DNA from: Paraspadella gotoi
Lineage: Eukaryota > Animalia > Chaetognatha
Reading direction: 5' to 3'
Assembly (NCBI GenBank): GCA_051294375.1
Contig: CM119270.1
Location: 14,294,771-14,328,796, forward strand
Length of the DNA stretch: 34,026 nucleotides
A program made the position numbers and the translations under genes. Positions 1 through 10,297 of this stretch are shown one piece after another. The notes beneath the pieces are model-generated. The model was not told the origin of the DNA. It made no database searches and saw only the letters and a program-made list of their open reading frames with translations. Each line of letters starts with the position of its first letter. Within the stretch, counting starts at the first letter, position 1.

Positions 1-571
1 CGCTTTCTGTCATCGGTTTGTTTCGTAGTTTCTTTTCTAACTTTCTTCCCACTCTTTCTGTTTCGTAAAAAAATGATAGCAAACTAAATACTCAAGCAAT
101 TATACCTTGTTTAAGCTCGTTTTTGAACCGTGAGAAATTGTGTTTGTTTGAATAAAAAAAAAATCTTATGATTGAAAAGATCTTTCGAAGAAAACCAATT
201 AAATCCGTGAATGGTATTTAACCAATTACATCCGTGATTGGTATTTCCGAAAAACAAATTCGAAAAAATGAAAGACGAAGAAAATCGCGACGTATTCTTT
301 TACTTCGTTCGAATCTTCATTTTCTCAAAGGAGCGTCGGATGACTCAATTTTAAATAAACGCTTTTTGTCTCGATATATTTTTTTCTTTTTGCTAATTTA
401 TTGCGTCATCTCTCCGACAGCTTCGTCTCTTATTGCAAGGAATTTTTTAGATCCAACTATGGCTGCTTCCATCCCTGATTAAAAAATCGCTCTTGTTATC
501 GCTCCTTCAATCGCTCTAAATTTTGTTTGCTTCATTTTTATCTCTTCATTCATCATCACTTAAATAGACCC

Positions 572-700
572 ATCGCTCCTGCAATTGCTGCTTCAAGCAA
601 CCAATCGCTCCTGCTATTGCAACTTCAACCAACCAATCGCTCCTACAATTGCTACTTCACCAACCAATCGCTCCTACAAATGCTACATCGATCGCTCCTA
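572..700 (+). repeat. 32-bp minisatellite (~4 units) built from a 12-bp subunit
   Basis: ATCGCTCCT starts at 572, 604, 636, 667 and 691. Unit approximately atcgctcctaca-attgctacttca-accaacca. Confidence 0.88.
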
Positions 701-821
701 TTTCCCAGCATTTCCCCCTTTTACGCTAAACAAGAAAATCATATTCGACTTGGCTAATTTCCTCCGTCGAATCTCCTTCGCGGACCATTATGAAAAGCGG
801 TAATGGCTCGAGCGTCTTGTC

Positions 822-824
<3 letters not shown>

Positions 825-880
<56 letters not shown>
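825..880 (+). repeat. (GA)n microsatellite, representative of many AG tracts (also ~2166, 6550, 7605, 12963, 15022, 16395, 19315, 21519, 25895, 29030, 29739, 30642)
   Basis: Read directly; many of these tracts abut N gaps. Confidence 0.97.
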
Positions 881-885
<5 letters not shown>

Positions 886-1265
886 GCCTCCAGGGACGGG
901 ACCGACTTCCGGTTATGACGAAAGGACTCTCCCTAATCGCTTTCACTCTCTCTCTCTCTCTCTCACACTCTTTCTCTTTCTCCTTCTCGCGCAAAGCTAT
1001 ATATTGATAACGCAGAACGACATGAAGAAAGGGGAGTGAATCATACTTATTGCCAACAATACTTAGACATTTGCAAACATGAAAAACGTTGATATTCTCA
1101 TCGCATCGTGATTTTGGCGCGAACTGCGAAGGCAGCGCCATCGTTATTTCCACGACGCTATGAGGCGAGAGTAACGACGGAAACGGAATTCCTCGTTGCA
1201 TATTTTCTTGTTTTGATTTTACGCTCTCTCTCTCTCTCTCTCTCTCTACTTCTCTCTCCTCTCCT

Positions 1266-1302
<37 letters not shown>

Positions 1303-1313
1303 CTCGTCATCAC

Positions 1314-1568
1314 GGTGTGCCCACGACCCGCAAAAACTGCCGCCCCCTCGGAGGAAAATGAAGGCCCTTCATTACTAGAAAATCCGATTTTTCTTGCCGT
1401 ACTAAATTGACCGAGACGAAACAGTTTTTCTCGAANNNNNNNNNNNNNNNNNNNNNNNNNGGTGGGGCCACGACGCAAAACTGCCGCCTCGGAGGGAAAA
1501 TGAAGGCTTCATTAAGAAAATCGGTGTTTCTTGCGTCTAATTGCGAGAAACGAAACAGTTTTCTCGAA
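1314..1568 (+). repeat. ~110-120 bp direct duplicate on both sides of a 25-N gap (1314-1435 and 1461-1568)
   Basis: ccacgac...gcaaaa(a)ctgccgcc...aaaatgaagg...cgaaacagtttt(t)ctcgaa occurs on both sides. The left copy has extra inserted bases. Confidence 0.9.
1436..1460. other. 25-N assembly gap (placeholder size)
   Basis: Exactly 25 N, the same size as the gaps at 10122-10146 and 17501-17525. Confidence 0.9.
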
Positions 1569-2161
1569 CTTCGCAAGAAACGATTTACTCTTTGAATATT
1601 TGCAAAAGCGAGGCGCCATGGGGATCCGCTTTGAACCTTTGTTTTTCTATTCTAAAAATTTTTGTTACCAAATACTTAAGAAAGCCTAAAAATTGTTCTT
1701 GCCCTTAAAAGTCTCCTCCATACAACGGCGTTCATTTTGTTGCAAAAAAAAAGAAAAAAAAACATTACGGGGAAATAGAGGAACAGAAAAAAGAATCTGC
1801 TGATAAGATTTTCCAAAAGACTTCCTGATGATCAATTACGATGCTAATTCCTTTCTTTTCTTTTCTTTCTATATACTTTTTTCTCTCCGGAATTTCTTTT
1901 TTTTTTTGTCATAGTTGCTCGGGGAAAAAATAGAAAAGCTGCTGCATAGAATTTTCGTGAGGAAAGATTCATAAAGAAAAAGAAATTACTCAATTACTCC
2001 TTTTTCAATCTTGGCTCAGTTTTGTTTGTCTAATTGACATCAGTTGATAGCAGTTCAAATCTGTCTTTTTAGAAAGAAAAGAATAACTCAAACATCAATT
2101 CTAGAATCGGAAAGAGAGAAACCATAATAGACAGAAGAAAAGAAAAAGAAAGAAAGATAGC

Positions 2162-2196
<35 letters not shown>

Positions 2197-3090
2197 NNNN
2201 NNNNNNNNNNNNNNNNNNNNNNNNNNNNNNNNNNNNNNNNNNNNNNNNNNNNNNNNNNNNNNNNNNNNNNNNNNNNNNNNNNNNNNNNNNNNNNNNNNNN
2301 NNNNNNNNNNNNNNNNNNNNNNNNNNNNNNNNNNNNNNNNNNNNNNNNNNNNNNNNNNNNNNNNNNNNNNNNNNNNNNNNNNNNNNNNNNNNNNNNNNNN
2401 NNNNNNNNNNNNNNNNNNNNNNNNNNNNNNNNNNNNNNNNNNNNNNAGAGAGAGAGAGAGAGAGACTCATAAACGGGAGGCAGTTAACTACCGAACTTGG
2501 AGGCCTTAAATCGCGTCGAGAGAATCCACGGGGTAAGTGAAGGGGGGTCGTGTCGGAGCGGATGTGGCGGAGGTTCGGAGGATGTCGAGGTGAGGAGTGA
2601 TATTGTTATGTCCTTGTGTTGTGTGTTGTTCTATGACATGGAAATTCTATTATGTCATTTCTATTATGACATTGGAAAACCCTTAAAAAAATGTTAACTC
2701 GTTATGACAAAGATAAACTTTTTATCACTTCCATGAGTTTTTTTCCTGGACCTTTATTCGTCTCTATAGTCGTTGTCACCATTGTCATTTTGGATTCAGG
2801 ATAAAAACCCCACACTGCGGAATGAGGGACACGGAGGTTAAGTTTTTCCGATCAAATCTTTGGGCGACTTTTGCCAAAAAAAGGACGTGGGTAAAGAGAA
2901 CGCCGATGACGACGACGACAATGTCAACGACGACAAAGACGACGACGACAAAGACGACGACGATGTCAACGGCCTGGGTGCCAAAATAATATTGAAAAAA
3001 TAAAGGAAAACAGATTCGGAGGGTAAGTTAAGCGGCGGCGATTCCATGGGCGCCGGGGCACTCCCTATTCGGTTCCCCTGGTCCCCATCC

Positions 3091-3140
3091 CGGCGCGTCC
3101 CGGCGCGTCCCGGCGCGTCCCGGCGCGTCCCGGCGCGTCC
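3091..3140 (+). repeat. Perfect 10-bp GC-rich tandem repeat (CGGCGCGTCC)x5
   Basis: Five identical consecutive units read directly. Confidence 0.97.
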
Positions 3141-3934
3141 AACCGAAGGGCCGGGTCCTCGTCGATTCACTTCCGGTTTTTACGACGTTGTGATTCCATT
3201 GTGAATCGAGGAAAATGTGATTCGCCAAAATGTGAGGAGAGAAATATTCAAACGCCTCCAATGAAAACATGACCTCCCCTTTTTTTTATGCAGCGGAAAC
3301 GAGTTGGATTGGAAAGGAAGAGGGAGAGGGAGGGTAAGTATAGGGTAAGGATCGCTCTAGGATTGAGACTTGACAAAATGTCATTCGCGAAGGAAACCAG
3401 GATTTAATTTCTTACTATTGCGTCATCTGCTAAATTACAACCCCCAAACCTGCTCACTTAATTCTTTAAATTAATTCTTCCTTACTTCATTTACCTCTGC
3501 TATCCAGTGTTTTCCACACGAACTCACCCACTCACTCGCTCACCCACTCACCCGCCCTCTCGCCCGTCGGAAGAATCGCACCCCCCCCAAAAAAAAAATC
3601 CCGTCACTAAATTTAGAAACGAAATTGTTATTGACGCTTCTTTCCTTTTTTATCCTCCTTTTATTCTTTCTTTCTTTCTTTCTTTTTCTTTCTTTCATCC
3701 TCTTCTTATATATTTTTCTTTCTTTTTTCCTTCTTTTCCATTCTTCCGCTTTTCGCTCTTCTTTTCTTCTTCTTATCTTCTTCTTCTTTCATGTTTCCTC
3801 CTTTCTCTCCTTCCTCTTTTATTTCCTCCTCTCCTTCTCTCCTCCGAAAAAAAGAACTTTTTTTTTCTTTCTTTCTCTCCGCTTTCTTCTTTTGGCCTCT
3901 TAACCTCGATAACAATGACGCCGACCGCAACGGA

Positions 3935-4012
<78 letters not shown>
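3935..4012 (+). repeat. (GAC)26 trinucleotide microsatellite
   Basis: Perfect GAC run read directly. Confidence 0.97.
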
Positions 4013-4013
<1 letters not shown>

Positions 4014-6591
4014 TCGGAAAGCGAGGAACTTATCTTGTATCAACCTCGATCTTGTATGAACCTCAATCTTCGACCCCGGCGTCATCATCAATGGCGTCGT
4101 TGCGGCAGAAGGACGGCGCCGACATCGGCGGTGACGCCGCTGATGCCGAGACGGAAACCGGCGGCGCCTACGACAGTGCGAATCCAGTTTCTCAACCGNN
4201 NNNNNNNNNNNNNNNNNNNNNNNNNNNNNNNNNNNNNNNNNNNNNNNNNNNNNNNNNNNNNNNNNNNNNNNNNNNNNNNNNNNNNNNNNNNNNNNNNNNN
4301 NNNNNNNNNNNNNNNNNNNNNNNNNNNNNNNNNNNNNNNNNNNNNNNNNNNNNNNNNNNNNNNNNNNNNNNNNNNNNNNNNNNNNNNNNNNNNNNNNNNN
4401 NNNNNNNNNNNNNNNNNNNNNNNNNNNNNNNNNNNNNNNNNNNNNNNGCGTCGCTTCTGCGTGCGTTCGCGCGCGACGTATTTAGAATAAACTCGTTTTT
4501 TATGTTTTTTAGGCCACATGACGAATTTTCACATCTTATTATTTACATTACATTACATATTGAATAAAAAGTTAGAATCAAAGTTTCTTTGCGCTTTATT
4601 TTTAGTCATATATTATTTTCGGTTAGCAAAATTTAACTCCATTAGTCCGACGATACGTCGACAAATTAAGCTCCGCCACACAGACAGTTCAACTCCGGCG
4701 AATGGACTTTGTGTCGGCGAATTCAGCTCCGTCGAAGAGACTCTGCGTCGGCGAATCCACGTCAAGTTTCGAGGAATTGTTTTTCCTCGACTTCCATTCG
4801 TCAACCGAAAGAGAAAATTGGATTCTTATTTCGATCTCGCAACCACCGGTCCCACCTCCACCGCCGTCACCAAACCCACTCCACCCCCCACCAACCTCCT
4901 CCATCCACCCAACCACAGACTCGTTTCTTTCTTATTACATTTCTCCATTTCTTCCCCCGTTCACCTTTAACTTCTCAAAAAATGAAAAACGACAACAAAT
5001 TTTTTTTCACGTAATCAACCGAGTATTGACGCTCACAGTTGAAGCGTGACGAGACCAAAGTAGAAGTCTTCACAAGACTTTCAACTAACATGTAGATAAA
5101 TTTTGACTGTTGTACACTTTTGCACTATCTGACGAAATTTTTTTCAAAATACAATTCATCTTGTAGATTTTTTCTGTCTTTCTCTTCCACCTCCTAAAAG
5201 TTTTTCATATCCTTTCTCTTTTTCTGTTTTTACTTGACGGAAAATCGTGTTAACGGGTCAAACTAAAAGAAGAGAGATTTTAAACGGGTTTGTGAATAAT
5301 TTTATCAAAGAGAATTTTTTCATAATGTAATAGTTTACTATATGCTTTAATCTTTTAATCTTTTCTCTTTAACTTCGCATACCTTCTTTTTCTTGCTGTC
5401 GCCTTCCCGATCCTCGCCTTTCTTTTGCCAGCTTTCCCTTTTTTCCTCTCAACTTTCTCGCTAACACATTTTCGTGCCGTCGTCGTCGGTCGTCGTCGTC
5501 GTCGTCGTCGGTCTGTCGTCGTCGTCGGGTCGTGCGTCGTGCGTCGTCGTCGTCCCGTCAGCCTCGTTTTGCTGTGAACCTCATCAAAATTTTAAACTCA
5601 CGCGAAAATTGGCAAACATTTTCTATTTTTGGCTTTAATAGGGAAACTTTTTTTTTCTTCTCGCGCGGGAAGAGAGTAGAGTCGGATGAGGGAGGTGGGG
5701 GGTTTTTTTGTCGCTCTACTCTCCGTCTCTGTCTTATCCTCTGTCTCTGTCCCTCTTTCTGTGCGTCTTCTCTTTTTGAGTGTGGGATATTCATGAGCCG
5801 AGCCAAAAATTAATTATGCTGCTGCCTGGGTTTGTGGCTAAATTTTTTTTCCTTTCAAGCAAAAATCGGTGACAAAGATGTTGTATGCAGATTTCGCTGC
5901 TGCAGAAATTTAATCGCTATAAACGCTTTAATTATTGGCTGGCTGATTATCCGCGTGACATCAACTCATTAACAGGAGTGATGACCAACAATGAACAGCG
6001 ATTGGTGTGTCAAGGAGCGGGCGACAAACCGACAAATACTTAAGGACGGAATTTGTCGCGATAATGACAATTTTCTTGATTAAAAATCAAAGCGTTCGCC
6101 GTCCTTTTGTATCATCCAGCCCTTCGGCCCCCTGATCTTATCACCGCGGCTTCCCGAAGCGCGCCTCCGGACACTGCTACCCCGGCTGAAAACGCCGGCC
6201 CGTTCAACACCCGCCTCAACCCCCTCCACCCCCACTCGCAACCCCACTCCACCCCCCCATACTCCGAAAACAATGCCCGTCGGGTTCTTTCGGTTTTTCG
6301 TCGTCTTCCCTTGTTCCACGGTAAGAAAAGGCGCAAGTTTTTCCGCCTTAGCAAAAACGCCATGAAACGGAAATGGAATATGGGGGGCGAAAAAGAGAAG
6401 AAAAAAAAATATTCTAAGATTTTTTCTTTTTTCTTTTTTTTTCTTTTTTCTGCTTGTTCTTTCCGTTCTTTTTATTTGTGGGTCGGGATTTTTCGTGCGT
6501 TGTCGAATATGGCGCGGCAATCGAGAGTATAAACCCTTATGTAGCAGAGGTGAGAGAGAGAGAGAAAGAGAGAGAAGAGAGAGAGAAGAGA

Positions 6592-6630
<39 letters not shown>

Positions 6631-7646
6631 GACTTCACTCGATGGGGTTGAAGACCTCTTCAAATTTTGTCCGGCATTCCCATCCACACGAGATGAGTCG
6701 CACAGAAAAAAAAAGAGAAAAAGGGTGCGTGGGTGCAAATTTTAAAGGGCGCGCCCCTGATCAGCGATTTTGGGTCCGTCTGCGAGTGGGTGATTTGGGG
6801 GGGGGAGAGAGGAGGTGAGTGTGTAGGGGGTAAGGGAGAGTCCAGGCCTCGCTTGTAGGCTTCGAGGATGACGGGTGAGAATAAAGAGAATTATTTTTTA
6901 AAAATGTGAATTCATCCGAGTGTTTAAGAAAAAGGGCGAAGCATTATCCCTTAGTAAGGAAAGGGAAGGAGGAACAATTGAGAAAAAGGAGGAAAAAAGG
7001 AAAAGGATGAAAGAAAGTGAGACAAACTCTCTGACTCTGGATTTCAATTCACGGACAAAAAAAAGACAGTTTCGCCAAACGAAACGAAATATGCTTAGGC
7101 TTGGCACGACGGACGGTGACAACAACGACGGACGGACGGCGCCAGGGCCAACGTCACAACCCCTGGCGCCTTCGACGCCGCCAAGGCGTGGAGATGGCGC
7201 CGAAAAATTTCGTCGTCGTCGTCGTCGTCGTCGTCGTTCGTTCTACGTGCGAGCAGGCAACGGAAATTTCGATTTCAACTTTTAAACTTTCGGCATTGAA
7301 TTTTTGGCGGGCTGAGAGAGGCATTTGCAAAAGGTAACTGTGTCCAAGTTACTGTATATTGGAGCTCGTCTCTGCTCGTCTCTCTCCCTCTCTTCTCTCT
7401 CTCTCTTCTCTCGTCTCTGCTCTCTCTCGTCTTCTCTTCTCTCCTTCAGGATTATGAAAACAACCTTTCATCATTCAATTTTCCCTCTTCTGGTCTCCCC
7501 GTTTTTTTCCTCATGACCTTCCGTTCCACGCTGCTTGCCGTCGGCTCAAAAGGAAGTAAGCAATCGGCGGCAGTGGCGAGAGTGAGAACATACAGAGATA
7601 ACAGAGAAAGAGAGAGGAGAGAGAGAGAGAGAGAGAGAGAGAAGAG

Positions 7647-7682
<36 letters not shown>

Positions 7683-9156
7683 GAGAGGCTTGAAAAGGCT
7701 TCCGAATATCCTATCCCCCCCTTTATTATCGGCCTTTACAAAGCGTTTGAATGGATAAGTGTAAATTAATAGGCAAACCGGTTTTTTGGGGCTTTTTCGG
7801 GTCGGATGATGATGAGGGTGAGTCGGATTTGGAGTAGGACAAATAACGAGTGGGGAAAGAGTGGATGATGGGAGGCGAAAGAAGTGACTACAGGAAAGTG
7901 GAAGAATTAGGCTAGGGAAGATGAGAAAGAGAAGAGGAAAATGAGCTTAAGACTGAAGAAAATAATTGAAAAATTTAAAACAAAAGGAATTCATGGAAGA
8001 AGGGTATTAACTATGAAAATGCAAGTTAAATAAAATGGTTGTTACTTCTAGACTAATTAATCCACGTTAAACTGGTTGCTAGTTTGTAATATGGCTTCAG
8101 GTTTGAGTAATTTAACGTTGTAAGTTGTGTCTGGAACGGCATCAAATGGAAGGGTCCGTTGTAATCTCGCACTTTAGCGACGGCAAAGAAACGTTTCACC
8201 GTTTTTTGTCCAAATCGTGTTCCTTTCTTTTTTCCTTCTTTTTATTCCGTAAGTGGAAGATTTCAGACGGTTTTTCCTGCCCAGTTGTCTCCCAAAATTG
8301 CTCATCACTCTTTCTCTCTCTCTCTCTCTCTCCTCTTTCTTTCTCTCAGTATTTATCTCATCTCCATTCGATCGTTCCTCTCTCTTCCTTCTTCTTTCTC
8401 TCTCTCGCTCTCTCTCCTCTCGTCTCTTCCTCTCTCTCTCTTCTCTCTCTCAGAAGGATCTCTCTCTCTCTCTTTTCTAAATCTCCTTCCTCTATCGCTT
8501 GCAACACTTCAATTTCGCCAGTTCTCTGTTTTTCCCCTGGGAGTTTCTTCATTCTTTTTTTTTTCTATTACCTTTCCTGCCTTTTCTTTCCATTTCTTTC
8601 CTTTTTCCTTTCGCTTCTTTTCCCTTTTTTTTCCTTTACCAAATTTGTATCTTTCAAAGGGGCTTTTCTTATCTTTTTTTCTTTAGATATTTTCCATTAA
8701 CATGCGTCCCTTTTTCTTTTACTCTGTTCTTTTTTTTTTTATTTTTACTAAATGCCTAAATTATCAAAAAACTTTTTAATAAGTGAAAAAGTTCCAATTC
8801 TGTCGGTCATTTCCTACTTTTCCCTCTCTTTTTTTCTAACTCTCTCTTTCCGCACCTATCTATCTTCTTCCTAATTTCTAGCTTGACGCTGGTTTTTCTC
8901 AATCTTCTCTCTTCCTCGGACCGAAGGCGACGTAAAGGAAAAAGAACCGAGAGATTTTCGGTGGATTTTTATCCAATAAATTTTTTTTGGACTCAAAATA
9001 TATTTTTTTTTTTTTTTTTTTTTTAGCCAAAAGAAAATCATGGTTTCCGCATTAGTAATCACTTTTATTTTAAAAAAACCTTAATGGTAATTGGACCCAA
9101 ACCTCTAGTTGACTTTATCAAAAAACACATCGTTTTACCCTAGCGCTCGATCTTGT

Positions 9157-9226
9157 CCGCCTTCGCCTGCCCGCCCCGCCTGCCCACCCTCGCCTACCCG
9201 CCTTCGCCTGCCCGCCTTCGCCATGC
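9157..9226 (+). repeat. 14-bp GC-rich minisatellite (CCGCCTTCGCCTGC)x~5
   Basis: Units ccgccttcgcctgc, ccgccccgcctgc, ccaccctcgcctac, ccgccttcgcctgc, ccgccttcgccatgc. Confidence 0.85.
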
Positions 9227-9387
9227 CGAGCTTGCCATCCGACTTATGAGGTCCCGGCGCCCCGTCCTCGTGCCGCGCAGAGTCAGGGCCGCCTTTAAAG
9301 AGCAACGAGATTCTTAGGCATAACGAGAGAAGAAAGAGGGAAGAGAAAAAAAAATGCATTGCATTCTCGCCAATTTGCATTCTCTCT

Positions 9388-9790
<403 letters not shown>

Positions 9791-10121
9791 CACGCGACGC
9801 GTCTCTCTGCACCTTTCTTCTTCCTTCCCTAATCCCAACTCCGGCACCATTATGGGCAAAAGCTTTTCAGGATTGCGGGCTCAACGGAAAATGTTGGAGA
9901 CATTTTTCTCTGGCGTCCTTTAAAAAAGCGCGGGCGGCGGCGGACGGCGGTGCGACGGCGGCGGGACGGTGGCGGGCCGAGACCGCCGCGGTTCCTTTAA
10001 GTCGGAGAGACCGACGGGATTTTTTCCCTTCCGTATCCATCAACAACGCTAAGGGGCGCTACCGCCGCCACCAGCCGCCACTCTGACCGCCGCCCGTTCA
10101 CCGCCTAAACTTTTTCGTTGT

Positions 10122-10146
10122 NNNNNNNNNNNNNNNNNNNNNNNNN
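10122..10146. other. 25-N assembly gap (placeholder size)
   Basis: Exactly 25 N; ends the ungapped, indel-rich segment 4448-10121. Confidence 0.9.
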
Positions 10147-10264
10147 TCGGCCAAACATCCACCAGTTTTACCATCGCCCACTCTGAATCCACTACACAAC
10201 GAAATGATAAATTATAATTTAGCTAAAATTTTGAAAACTGTCATAAAAATATGATAAAACAAGC

Positions 10265-10297
10265 AATTTTGTAATTTTGTAATTTTGTAATTTTGTA
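10265..10297 (+). repeat. 8-bp tandem repeat (AATTTTGT)x4
   Basis: Read directly, inside a very AT-rich stretch. Confidence 0.85.

Noticed and set aside
3900-4198. Acidic plus-strand frame (NNDADRNG-D26-VGKRG...DGADIGGDAADAETETGG), and similar D-rich frames near 2885, 23380 and 28460
   Set aside because: Explained by GAC microsatellites with decayed flanks; no convincing acceptor AG after the pyrimidine tract and no recognised homology.
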